The notes under the pieces are model-generated. The model did no database searches. It saw only the letters and a program-made list of their open reading frames with translations, and was not told the DNA's origin. Both the position numbers and the translations under genes were made by a program. Source: Isurus oxyrinchus (lineage: Eukaryota). Taken from it: a stretch of 64,000 nucleotides of DNA. Below are positions 1 through 12,530 of the stretch, piece after piece (position 1 is the stretch's first letter; each line of letters starts with the position of its first letter). The DNA is taken from NCBI GenBank assembly GCA_026770705.1, contig JANJGN010000026.1, positions 24,428,001 through 24,492,000 on the forward strand. Direction: 5' to 3'.

Positions 1-2092
1 AGATCTGTTTAATCTGTCCATTTCATTCAAGCTGTTTGATTCTAATTCATCAATGGTCAATTTACTACAACGATAAGTCTATACCTTCTTTGAAATTAAA
101 TTAATATTCACTTCAAAATTCCTTTGACTTCCACTAACTCTCCCAGTCTATCTGCAATCTTGAAAACAAAGATTTAGTTTGCCTGAAAATGAGCAAATAA
201 ATATTACAGATTAAAGGCGATCTGATGTCTGTAAAAGTGACAGGGTAAGCAATACACAAACCAGGAAACATTCACATTGAAAATGATGACTCATGGATTT
301 GATAAAATTCTACAATTCAAGGTAATGAACACAATCATCAAGGTGAAGCACCTTATCGAGCTGAGCACAACTGAGTAAAGAAATGTATTATTTTCTAAAA
401 TCATTTTGGACACAATTAAAAATTCTTTCCGGCCATTGAGGTTTGTACTCACCATAACGACTCAATTGTAGGAGGTCATTATATTGAATGAATTATCAAT
501 TCTATTATGTTGGAAGTTAATTATCTTATTAGCTGATTTACATTCTATAATATGAACAATAGTTTTTGATAACTCAAAACATGTTTCTGCTTGATGCTTT
601 GTGAAATAATTGGGCTATAAAGAAATTAACATGATGCTTAGCCTATGTGAAACAATAAACATCAAGTTAATAGATGGAAAAATTTAGACATATATTACTT
701 TTACTTAAATCTGATCACATTTTAATAATTTAAAATGGACAATATTTGCTGCTACCCTCTTTTTTTTACCAAGAAACTTACAAACATTGCATGTTCCTGA
801 AGCTATTGATATATCATGAACTGTATCTCAGTAAGTATTTCACATGATGAATTTATGAGTAGAATATTTCAAGAATTTCCAAATTTGTTGGGTCACATCG
901 CACTAACTGTCGATGGGCTGTAGCATCAGCTGGTTGCCAAAGCAGGACTCAGATTTATATATGGTCGTCAATCGTAGCTATACTTTTAATTACAGAAGTA
1001 AATATAAAATATTGTCTGCGTTATTAAATACAGGCAACACTTGTACTGATCATAAACTGCAAAGGTTTGTATATATCGGACATTTGTGATCAGTAACGGT
1101 GCTGTCTCGATTTAGTAACTCAGACGATCTTTTATATTTATTCCTGCTGTTTACACAATTTCCGCGGATTAATTACTAAATACATTATTAATTTATAGAA
1201 GGGCCAAAGTTATCACTGTAAAACTTGGGAACAATTCATTCAGGTCATTTGCGACAGTGAAACATAATGGGCAAATGCAGTCGAGATTTTGTTGTTCAAT
1301 TTAACAATTGATAAGAATTAACTAAAAAGCTCGGACATGATCCGTTCTTTACCTATAAATCTATCCCGTGCACTTCCCAATTATTGGAGACAGGATATTG
1401 TTATTAAATTCGAAGCTAATGTTAATCTTCTGTATTTAACTTAGTCTGTTTGAAATTTAAGTTCTTACTTGACTATCTCTAGCCATATACAATCTGCACA
1501 TTGCTACAATTTAACTAAAATCATTATGAACAATCCTTTCACTTCCAGGGACGTGCACCTCTCATAAAACTGTTTAAAATTAGATTAGATGTAATTATTT
1601 CGCTATCCAACTACAAATGACGTTGAAGGAATAATATGGTTGCGACTGCACACAAATAAGATAATAACCAGATGCATGTATTGCCAAAGTGCAATGTAAA
1701 TCTTAAATTTAATTGGATGCAAACTTTCATTCATCTGTTTTAATCAGGGGCATACCAATTAATTCAAAACCACTTGTGAAACTGAACACTAGGGTGGAAT
1801 AAAAACATTAGGTTCTCATTGAAATAGTTTCAGGCATTATCAAAAAACATTTCCAATGTATAAACTTTTCCGGTCATGTTAATTGCGCTCAGTGCACAAC
1901 AGAATTGTGAAAGGTTACTAATTGTTCGTAGCATTCATGTAAAAGCATCTTTGGTTAATATTAATGGGAGTGTGACAGGCAAGGGTGCATTTTAAGAGAG
2001 CCAGTGCAGACTCGATGGGCCGAATGACCTCCATTTCACTGTAGGGATTCTGTGATCATGTAATATGGAGAGACATTAGCACATTGATAATT

Positions 2093-2100
2093 ATTTGCAT
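2093..2100. promoter_or_regulatory. Ig octamer (ATTTGCAT) in the presumed J-C intron
   Basis: Exact octamer 2.7 kb downstream of the J splice donor. The context is AT-rich, so a chance match is possible. Confidence 0.35.
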
Positions 2101-2814
2101 TACATTAATTTTACTCTCCCATTGGTAAACTTGTTAAAAATTTAAGTAGTTTATGATTGCAATTGCAAATTGTGTTCACAATGAGCGTCGGAAACCATGG
2201 CTTAGTTTAATCTACAATGACCACTTAAAATTTTTAAAAAAAGTGCATCAACATATCTTTAAAGTTTTATTTTTCATTTCTAAAGTCTGCTTGTTTTGGG
2301 CGCACAATCCAGCTTCAAGCAGTTTCAAGCGCATTTGCGTTCAATAAGAAAACGTGTAACCCCTTGATGTCACCGAGTTTAAACAACACAGAAATGCCAA
2401 ACAGTTTCACATTCTTGTGTTATTCAAATTGTCCTCAGTGGAAAAGCACCAAATCACATCATTGAGGGGCTGAAACCCGTTTCATGGAGAAGCAGCTTGG
2501 TTCTGCAAACACTTCCAACAGAATCAAATGTAATTGCAAGAAAATTTGAAGATAAAATACAGCCAACCCGCTCGTCACCAAAGGATTTGATTATTAACAT
2601 AAACAGAAATATGGAATAATAGTAACAGCACTGAGTAGACAGAACACATACAATAAATTAATACTTACATTTTTGGCATAATTTATTGACACTGAATTGT
2701 TGGTTATGTCACTACATTACAATAATTGTAATAAAAATTATAAAGTTATATCAATTTAAATCTGAAAAAAGCTTCAAATTTACTATTAGTGCTTTGCTAG
2801 ATTACATTAACCAT

Positions 2815-4320
2815 TATTGCTGAAAAAAGACATTTTTGTTGAAACTTTTCGTCTTGAACTCATCAGGACAATTCACAAGAAACTAAAAATGTCAAGGGAA
2901 ACAACATATATGAGAGCAGGCTGTTAATTTGTTGGCAAGTGGTCTCTGATTTTTAGAGGCATTGACGTGGATAATGCACCAGTTGATAATGACTGACAGT
3001 TAATTGCCAATCACTGTTTGAAATTTAAATCAGACATTGCACAGGGAATGAACCAGCGAATGGCTGTCACTTATTTTGTTTAGCTGAAACGGGGGAAATG
3101 TGTGTTAAACAATGCAGAGAATACCTGCAAAGAACAGGGCCCTGTGTATTAACATATGCAGCTCCCAGTACATATAAATGCACCACACTGTGAGCCCGAT
3201 TTGCCTTAAAATTCATTCATGGGATGTGGGCGTCGCTGGCCAGGCCAGCATTTATCACCCATCCCTAATTCAGAGGGCATTTAAGAATCTACAACATTGC
3301 TATGGTCTGGAGTCACACACTGGCCAGAAAACGGCAGATTTCCTTCCCTGAAGGATATTAGTGAACCAGATGGGTTTTTACAACAATGGATAATGACCAT
3401 TATTTCATGCTCATTATCAGACGTTTTAATTCCAGGTTGTTTTGAATTTAAATTCCTTCTCCTGAGTCCCTAAAGCAATACCCTGCGTCTCTGGATTACT
3501 AGTTCAGCGACAGTGCCACTACAACATCGCCTCCCCAGTCTTAAATTGGCTGTCAGTATTAATACACTGAGCATTATTTTTCAGATGTTGTCCAGTCGCA
3601 GAATCATATCTAATGTTGAACATGGCGTTTTGAGTTTTGCAAGCATGGGCTCGTTGGGTACGAACCATACCTTGTCCATTGTAGGAGGTACATGCTATTA
3701 GATACAATCCGCCAATCTCTGGACCGCACGGCCTACATTTTTTAGCATCACGCTGGCACTAAAATTCAAATACAATATTGCTCAATTTTATGATAAGCAG
3801 AAAGTCATTTTGGATTGACGGCAACATCCTGTTAGTGGCGAATACTACTCTGTTGCTACTGCAGAGTAACAGTGTGAAACAGTGAGGTTCACCTCTTGCT
3901 CAAATTTGTGAAATACTTTGCCCTTTCAGAGTAATCGAGGTAGACTGGGAACTTTTCAGGGCCGAAAATGATGGCCTTGGGCCCGTTCATGCGTTTGCCT
4001 GATGTACAGCGTGAAATGACCTGACCAAGGTAGCCATTATCCCGCAGGATGTCTTTGATACGCCCGATTTCAGCATTAGGCTTGCACAGTGAGCAAAAGT
4101 CTCGGGCCCGATTTACGAGTTTTCCGATAAGGCCATCGTGTGCATTGAACAGCGAAGGAAGGCTTGTGGTAGACCATGGTAGAGAACGTCTTAAAAGTTT
4201 TCTCAACCAGTGCGTCAAGGGAGTTCATTTTACTCCTCCATTTCAAAGGTGAATTTGAGCGCAGAATAGAACCCATTAAGGTGTGTAAGGAAATTATTAA
4301 AGTTTTTTGCACAACCTATG
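2815..4320 (-). mobile_element. Penelope-like element fragment (RT C-terminus + GIY-YIG), interrupted by a SINE
   Basis: ORF pieces GLIGKLVNRAR..CS...AEIGRIKDILRDNGY and SATGQHL; the 3' portion resembles 37560-38170 in the opposite orientation. Confidence 0.7.
3211..3530 (-). mobile_element. tRNA-derived SINE (family A)
   Basis: Shares gtgaaccagatggg, ctggattactagt and the gctggccaggccagcattta tail with copies at 8540-9105, 36770-37058 and 62285-62645. Confidence 0.8.
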
Positions 4321-4813
4321 AACATTCGTATTTATTTAATGAATATATGCCAATTTAAATACCACAAAGTCACATTAAAATATTGTTTTATCGCATTTAA
4401 CCGCTAAAGATTTTGTCCTATAATCATATTTAAAATATATTTCAATGCTTAATGTTTACGGTGGATGGTAAAACTTGACGCCACCAGATGACACCGAGAT
4501 TAAAATATGTAGAAATGTCAAACTTTTCAACAGACGTTTGGTATTTGACATCACCCAGCCACACAGTATCCTCAGCACATAAACACCAAATCACATCAAA
4601 CAGGGATTGAACCCCTGAGCATTTTCTTTTGTCGAGAAACAGATGAAGTTTTTAAACCCCTTTCCATCAGAATCACATGAAACATTCCAAAAGCAAATCC
4701 AATATAGAACCCAACAAGCCCGCCTTTCAGTCAACAAGTTAAATGTTAAAATAAACAAAAATATAAACAAAGAACCACGTGAAATAATTGATAAACAAAT
4801 ACATGGTTCTGAC

Positions 4814-5365
4814 CTGCAGTCACCGTCACCATGGTGCCTTGTCCCCAGTATTCGCCACCCCAGTATGCATTAGGCTGCCATGAACAGTAATAGATGGCGG
4901 TGTCTTCGGTCTTTAGGTTCATCATGTCCAAAGAGAGGATATTGTCTGATAAGTCTTTGGACGCAGTAAATCGATTCTGAATCCCTGGGGCATAGTAATT
5001 GTTGTATGAAGTATAGTAGTAAAGAAGCCACTCCAGCCTCTGTCCGGGAACCTGTCGGACCCAGTGCATGCTGTAGCTGCCAAGATTGAACGCGCTGGTT
5101 TTACAGGTCAGTCTCAGGGAGCCTCCGCGACGCTCGGTCTCTGCCTCAGGCTGAGAGAACACAACATCGGACTGGACACCTGTAAAAATATATGAAAAAC
5201 CCCGAGTATTAATCCTGGTGAAATGATTCCTGACCCTGTAACATTCCAGACAGAGACTAACACTGAGACGGTAACAGTGAGAGCCTTGGACAATAAAAAC
5301 TACTCACCGGATAAGAAAGTCAGCAACAAACTGAGGGAAATCTCCGGCCTCAACCTTCTGGTCAT
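4814..5365 (-). CDS. IGHV: Immunoglobulin heavy chain leader + joined V-D-J (shark IgM-type VH); exons 5365-5308 and 5179-4814
   Basis: Exon 1 reads ATG(5365) [20 protein letters not shown]|gtgagt; 128-bp intron ends tttttacag. Exon 2 reads [121 protein letters not shown], then a phase-1 donor G|gtcaga at 4813. Both Cys, the FR2 Trp and WGxG are present; no stops, and no RSS between V and J. Confidence 0.96.
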
Positions 5366-5440
5366 TTGGGACAAATGGTCCTGTTCAGAACTCAGTGAAC
5401 AAAGCAGTTCCTGGACTTTTGGATTCCGGTCCCAATGAGC

Positions 5441-5454
5441 GGTATTTAAATACC
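5441..5454 (-). promoter_or_regulatory. TATA-like element of the VH promoter
   Basis: Palindromic ggTATTTAAATAcc about 80 bp upstream of the leader ATG. Confidence 0.6.
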
Positions 5455-5460
5455 CGGCAG

Positions 5461-5556
5461 AAGGGTTCTGTTGAAGGGTCATGAGGACTCGAAACGTCAA
5501 TTTTGTTCTTCTCCGCCGATTCTGCCAGAGTTTTTCCAGGTATTTCTGTTTTTGTT
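5461..5556 (+). mobile_element. Terminal fragment of a Penelope-like element abutting the VH TATA box
   Basis: Near-identical reverse complement of 39105-39206 (gagtcctcatgacccttcaacagaac; aaaacagaattacctggaaaaactc). Confidence 0.75.
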
Positions 5557-6049
5557 CGGTTTATATTAAACTTGACCCTGTCTCTGTTTATATTATATTA
5601 AATCTTGACTATGTCCATATTATACCAGACCTGGTCATTGTAACTACGGCACTAGGCTATGTATCTGAAGAAGAGTCTTACGGACTCGACACACGAACTC
5701 TTGTTTCTCTCTCCACAGATGTTGTCAGACCTGCTGAGTTTGTCCAGCATTTTCTGTCCGTATTTCAGATTTCCAGCATTTGCAGCATTTTGCTTTTATC
5801 TGTGCCTCTGTTTAAATTATGGCTGCACGACTCCATGTTTCTGTGAGATGGAGAGATAATGTTATAAATAAAGATGTTAGGCTAGAAATCTGTATCTGGC
5901 AGTAGCCTGAAAGGGCGGCATTGGATATGCCGTACATGGCACGCAGAATTGGATATTCATTTTCAGTGCAGTCAGCACAATTAGATTTCAGATATCCCTT
6001 CTTTGCCAGCGCCAAAGACCAATTTCCCACCAATAGAGTGATATGTGTA

Positions 6050-7270
6050 GGAGGATGCAGGGCATTGTGTTCCCATGTGCTTGTTGGCCTTGTTATTCTG
6101 GGAGGTGGAGGTCACAGGTATGGAAGGTGCTGTTGAAGAAGACTTGGGGAGTTGCTGCAGTGCATCTTGTGGAAGGTACACACTGCAGCCACTGTGTATC
6201 GGTGGTGAAGGGAGTGAATGTTTAACTCCTGGAGTTGATTCCAAGGGATTGCTTTCCCCTGGTTGGTGTGGAGATTCTAGAGTGTTGCTGCAGTTATATT
6301 CGTCCAGAGAAGTAAACAATTTCCAACAGACATCTGACCAGCAGATTTGCAGATGGTGGAAAGGCTTCGGGGAGTCCGGAGGTGAGTTATTCACCACAGA
6401 ATCCCCAGCCTCTGACCTACTCTTGTAGCCACAGTATTTATATAGCTGGTCCAGTTCAGTTTCTGTTCAATGACACCTGCACGACGTTGATGGTGGGTTT
6501 CAGTGACGGTAATGTCCTCTGAATGTCAAGGGCAGATGTGTGGTTTCTTTATTGTTGGAGTTGGTCATTGCCTGGCACTTGTGTGTTACTTTTCTCACTT
6601 GCAACTTATCAGCTCAAACTTGTCCAGTTCGAGATGCAACAAGTAAAGACGGTTTCATTATCTGAGATGTCATAAATGGAACTGACCACTGTGCAAATAT
6701 GAGTGAACCCTACTCCTGACCTGGTGATGAAGGGAAGGTAATTGATCAAGCTGCTGAAGATAGTTGGACCAAGGACACTTCTCTGAGACTCTCCTGGAAC
6801 GATATCCTGGTGCTGAGATGATTGGTCTCCAACAAAACAACATCTTCATGTGCGCTAGGTGTGATTCCAGCTAGTGGAGTGACTTGCCCCTGATTCCTGT
6901 TGACCTGACTCTTTCCAAGGCTTCCTGATGCCACACTCAGTCAATAGCTACTTTGACATCAAGCACTGAAGCATTTTCACACATCATGTTTGGAAGTTCG
7001 CTCTCTTGTCCATGTTCAGACCAAGTTTACAATGAGCTTTGAAGCTGGCTGATCCGGGTGTATCCAGTCTGAGCTTTGGTGAGCAGCTTCAGTCACTTTA
7101 CTGTTGATTGAGAGTAGACTGATTGAGCAGCAAGGGAACGAATTTGATCTGTTGTCCATTATGTACAGTGTTTTAGCTTCAGACTATGGTTCATCATTTT
7201 CAGGTATGCCTGGTCTTGCTTCTTACGTGCTGGCCTACATTCCTCATTGTTCCCAGGCTGAATGCTAGAC
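6050..7270 (-). mobile_element. Decayed LINE fragment, same family as 33920-37058
   Basis: Colinear similarity, e.g. ccacagtatttatat.gctggtccagttcagtttctg and tgatgccacactc.gtcaa. Confidence 0.7.
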
Positions 7271-7289
7271 TCATAGATGTTTACAGCAC

Positions 7290-7915
7290 AGATGGAGTCC
7301 ATTCGGCCCATCGTTTCCGCACAGGACAACAGAGATCTGACTGCACTAATCTCATTTTCCTGCGCTTGGCCCATAGCCCTGTAGGCTATGGCAGCTTAAG
7401 TGAACATTTAAATCCTTCTTTGATGTTACTAGAGTTTCTGACTCAACCACCCTTTCGGACAGCGAGTTCAAAATTCCTACCATCCTCTGGGTGAAAAAAA
7501 ATCTCCTCAAATCCCCTCTTAGCCTTCTGCCTCTTATCTTAAATCTCTGCTCTCTGGTTTTTGATCCCTCTACTAATGGAAAAGGTGCCTTCCTATCTAT
7601 ACCCCTCAACCATCGTTGCTCCAAGGAAAACAACCCCAGCCTATCTAATCTTTCCTCATAGCCCAGACCTTCCAGCCCAGACAGCATCCTGGTAAATCTC
7701 CCCTGCACTCTCTCCAGTGCAGTCACATACTTCTTATAATGTGGTGACCAGAACTGCACGCAGTACTCCAGTTGTGGCCTAGCCAAAGTTTTATACAGTT
7801 CCAGCATAACTCCCTGCTCTTGTGTTCTATGCCTCAGCCAATAAAGGCAAGTAACCCATATGCCTTCTTAACCACCTCATCTACCTGCTCTGTTACCTTC
7901 AGGGATCTGTGGATA
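7290..7915 (-). mobile_element. CR1 LINE 3' fragment
   Basis: ORF LYKTLARPQLEYCVQFWSPHYKK..LERVQ.RFTRM, the typical CR1 ORF2 C-terminus. Confidence 0.9.
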
Positions 7916-8539
7916 GGCTCATTATGGTTTGAGTGAGGGATATTCTGGTCCATGAGATTACAGGGTGTGATTGAATGCAATTATCCTGCTGTTAATGACC
8001 TCGTTGATGGCAAGTTTTGAGCTGATCTTAACGTGCGCTAATCAATCCACGTTCATCCGCAATTAGTTGAATTTTGTTAAATTTTGACACCTCCCGCAGA
8101 AGGCGATGTGGTACTACACCTGGGGAAGTGGATTCTTGATACATTAATATCAAAGATCTAACCTGACAGCGATACGTTCACAGGAGCTGCAATTGCAAGG
8201 TCTGGTCAGCAGATGGGCTTGAAATCTTGACGGTAATTGTATGAAACAGGCATTGTCTTAGTTCATGTTGCACTGGACCCTGTCTCTGTCTTTTTAAATT
8301 GGACTCCATATATATTTATGTTATACCAAACACTGTCTCTGTTTATATTTCACTGCACCCTGTTTCAATTAACACTGGCACCAGTCAATACCAATATTTA
8401 TAACACAATCTTGAAGATCCCACATCCAATAGATCGGATCTACTCTAAAGTTCTGTCACATCCAGTCGTTAGTGGTTAAACAAATAACCGGAGAATGGGG
8501 CAACACAAAATTGTGGGTCTGCAGTTCTATGCCTGGGAC

Positions 8540-9105
8540 ATAGTGTAGTGGTGTAGTGGTATTCTCATTGGGCTGGTAAATCGTTGGGGATCTGAGTTTG
8601 AATCCCACCACGGCAGATGGTGAAATTTGAATTCAAATGTCTAATGATGAACTTGAAACCATTGTCGTAAAGACCCATCTGGTTCACTAATGTCACCTGG
8701 TCTTGACTACATGTGACTCCAGAACCACAGCAATGTGGTTGACTCTTAAATAGCCTAATAAGCCACACTGTTCCCAAGGCCAATTAGGGATGGGCAATAA
8801 ATGCTGGCCTCGCCAATGCTACCCCAATTCCCATGAACAAATAAAAAGAAATGTAGGCCAGACTGGGTAAGGACAGCAGATAGCCTTCCCTAAAGGACAT
8901 CGGTGAACCAGATGGATGTTTATGATAATGGATTATAGTTTCACGGTCACCATTACTGAGATGAGCTTCCAATTCCAGATTTATTAATTGAATTTCGATT
9001 CCACATGCTGACATAACGGGATTCAAACCCCTATCTGCAGAGAAAAGGCCTGGATCTCTGGATTACTAATCCAATGACATTCCCACTGTACAATCATCTC
9101 TCCCA
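8540..9105. mobile_element. Two adjacent family A SINEs in inverted orientation (+ about 8540-8850, - about 8851-9105)
   Basis: cccatctggttcactaatgtc on + followed by gacatcggtgaaccagatgg. Confidence 0.7.
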
Positions 9106-10049
9106 TGTTATACAGGATCCTGTTTTGATTATTAATGCACTCGGCACTACCTCATTTTTATTGTACTAGATAAGGCCTCTGTTTGTATCAAATAGGCCAT
9201 TTCTCATTAATATTCCACTCAAAGCCATCTCACTTTGTTCTACACTGGACCCTGTTTCTGTTTATATCATATTAGATCTTGACTATGTCTGTATTATACC
9301 AGACAGTATCACTGTAATTACAGCACTAGACTATGCCTCTGGAGAAGAGTCATACGGACTCTAAACCTTAAATCTGTTTGTCTCTCCACAGATGCTGTCA
9401 GGCTTGCTGAGTTATTCCAGCAGTTGCTGTTTTTATTTCAGATTTCCAGCAATCGCAGTATTTTACTTTTATCTGTGCCCCTGTTTAAATTATAGTTGCA
9501 TTACTCCATGTTTCTTTGAGGTGGAGAGATAATATTAGAATTAATGATTGTTGGGCTAAGGACACTTCCCTGATGGACTCCTGGAATGATGTCCTGGTGC
9601 TGAGATGATTGGTCTCCAACAACCACAACATCTTCATGTGTGCTCGGTGTGACTCCAACCAGTGGAGAGACTTCCCATGATTCCCATTGAGGTGACTCCT
9701 TTCAAGGTTTCTTGATGCCACAGTCAAATGCTACTTTGACACAAAGCACTAAAGTACTCACACATCATCTTACCCATGTTCAGACCAAGTAAACAATGAG
9801 CTTTGAAGCTCTGGGTGGACCAGTGTAAACCTTGGTGAGCACCTCGGTGACATTTTCAATCATTTTACCAATGATCAAGATTAGACTAAATGAGAGGCAA
9901 GGGGACGGATTTCATCTGTTTTCCATTATGTACAGTGTTCTAGCTTCACACTATGTTTCATCATTTTCAGGTATGCCTTGTTTTGCTTCTGACCTGATGT
10001 TCTACATCCCTCATTGTCAGCAGGTTGGATGTTAGACTCAGAGGCTCAT

Positions 10050-10725
10050 ACAGCAGAGAAGGAGGCCAACTAGCCCACCGTATCCTCATTGGTCAAAAAA
10101 GATCTGACTGCACTGATCCCATTTTCCAGTGTTTGGCCCATAGCCCTGGGAGGCTATGGCAGCTTAAGTGAACATTTAAATCCTTCTTTAATATTACGAG
10201 AGTTTCTGACTCAACCACCCTATCGGGCAGTGAGTTCAAAATTCCTATTACCCTCTGGGAGAAAAAAATTCTCCTCAACTCCCCTTTTAGCCTTCTGTCT
10301 CTTATCTTAAATTTCTGCTTTCAGGTTTTTGAGCTCTCTACTCATAGAAAAGGTGCCTTCCTATCCACCCTATGTATGCCCCTCATAGTATTATACACCT
10401 CTGTCGGATCCCCTTTCAACTTTCCCTGTCCCAAGGAAAACAACCCCAGCCTATCCAATCTTTCCTCATAGCCCAGACCCTCCAGCCCAGGCAGTATCCT
10501 GGTAAATCTCCTCTGTACCCTCTCCAGTGCAATCACATCCTTCCGATAATGTGGTGACCAGAACTGCATGTAGTACTCCAGTTGTGGCCTATGCAGCATT
10601 TTATGCAGTTCCAGCATAACCTCCCTGCTCTTGTATTCTAGACCTCAGCTAATAAAGACAAGTATCCCATATGCCTTCTTAACCACCTCATCTACCTGCC
10701 CTGCTATATTCAGGGATCCATGGAT
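10050..10725 (-). mobile_element. CR1 LINE 3' fragment, duplicate of 7290-7915
   Basis: ORF RPQLEYYMQFWSPHYRKDVIALERVQRRFTRIL. Confidence 0.9.
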
Positions 10726-11689
10726 AGGCACATTAAGGTGTAAGTGAGGGATATTCTGGTCCATGAGATTCCAGGTTGTGATTGAATGCAATGATTCTGC
10801 TGCTGATGACACACAGCATCTCACTGATGGCAAGTTTTGAGCTGCTTCATCTGTTCTGAATGTATCCCGTCTAGCACGTTGGCAGTGCCACACAACACAA
10901 CGGAGAATGTGCTCAGCATGAATACTGGCCTTGGTTTCCGCAAGGACAGTGCAGAGGTCAATCTCACCTATATCGATCATGTGATGGGCCTGAGATCAGG
11001 TAGGGATTTCCCTCATGTTAGCTCTCTCACCATCTGTGGCATGTCCAATCTGGCAGATACATCATTCAGGACTGATCCAGCTCGACCACTAATGGTCATG
11101 TCATGTGTCAATTGATTTTGCAAATCCACGGCACACTCATTGCCCTATCTACCCTCAGTGTTTCTTCCAAGTAGTGCTAAAGATGAAGGAGTACAGGTTC
11201 ATCAGCTGAGGGACAGCAATAGGTGGTAATCACCAGGAGTTATCTCCACCCATACCTTACCTGGTTCAGTAGGGCTTCAGAACATCTGGTGTCAATATTG
11301 TTGCACTCCACCATGTGTCTGTTTGTATTACAGTGGGCCTATCACATTGTTACTGCTCGAGTCCATGCTTCTGTAACACTGGACCCTGTCTCAGTTATTT
11401 ATGTAATTGTCCTCTGTTTATATCACACTAGTATATTCCCTTTCTTTAGCACACTGGACCCTGGAAATAGGAGTTAAATGGTTCAATTTAAACAGCTGCA
11501 AGGTAAGAGAGACCTGCGGTTTATGAACACAAATCTGGGATGCAGGGAGGACAAGTCACGGCATCTCAATAGGCACCCATGAAAATTGTTCTCCACAGAA
11601 TTTTTGCATCATTACTTTTCCCACCATCTTGCTGTCTTATTGTTATTATTTCCACCCCAACAAATTTCCACATTATTGGGCTTGTGTAG

Positions 11690-12530
11690 TGCATTAATAC
11701 CCGAGACAGGTATCGTAATTTAAATACAAACATGATCTAGTGCAGAACTGAGGCGGTGTCTACTGCAATACAGAGACAGGTCTCGATTAATATATACAGA
11801 GACATGTCAAAAGTATAATATAAACAGAAACAAGGCCTTGCTTAATAGAAGCAAAGACAGGGTCTAGGGTAACATAAACAAAAACAGGTCCAATGTAATA
11901 TAAAAAGAGGCAGAATCTGGTGTATTACAAACAGACAGGGTGCAGTTTAATATAAACAGGGACAGGTTCTAGTGTAAGATAAACAGAGACCAGGTCTACT
12001 GTGATATAAACAGAGTCAGCGTCTAGTGCAGTATAAAGAGAGACAGCAACTAGTGCAATATAAACAGAAACATAACGAGTATAATATAAATAGATACATG
12101 TCGAGTGTAATATGAACAGACACATGTCAAGTTTAATATAAACAGGTGTGCAAGGCCTAGTGTAATACAAACAGAGACCTAGTCCCGTGTCATATAAACA
12201 GAGAGAGTGTCTGGTGTAATATAAACAGAAACGGGGTCTATTGCAGTATAAACAGAAACATCTTGAGTGTAATGTAAACAGGGACAGAGCCTCATGTAGT
12301 ACAAACAGGGACAGAGTCTGGTGTAATGTAAACAGGGACAGCGTCCACTGTAATATAAACAGAGACAGCGTCTAGTGCATTATAAACAGAGAAATGTCGA
12401 GTATAATATAAACAGAGACATGCCGAGCGTAATATAAACGGAGACAGAGTCTAGTGTAATATAGACAGGGTCTGGTCTGTGTAATATAAAAAGGGACAGG
12501 GTCACGGTCGAGTGCAACATCGAGACCGGG
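11690..12530 (-). repeat. 27-bp satellite relic in reverse orientation
   Basis: Repeated taatataaacagagacagggtctagtg-like units. Confidence 0.8.

Larger units (their letters stand above)
5575..10860. repeat. Diverged tandem segmental duplication (about 5575-8040 vs 9245-10860)
   Basis: Both copies show the same order of satellite relic, Penelope tail, LINE fragment and CR1 3' end, with shared junctions. The second copy lacks about 5875-6760. Confidence 0.8.

Noticed and set aside
85-182. Possible Ig constant exon remnant (SLFSRLQIDWES*WKSKEF) on the minus strand
   Set aside because: Too short, contains stops, lacks the cysteines, and is not in the phase needed to follow J.
8104-8150. J-like YYTWGSG preceded by cgatgtg
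   Set aside because: No nonamer at 12 or 23 spacing, a stop follows, and there is no T-x-L/V-x-V motif or donor.
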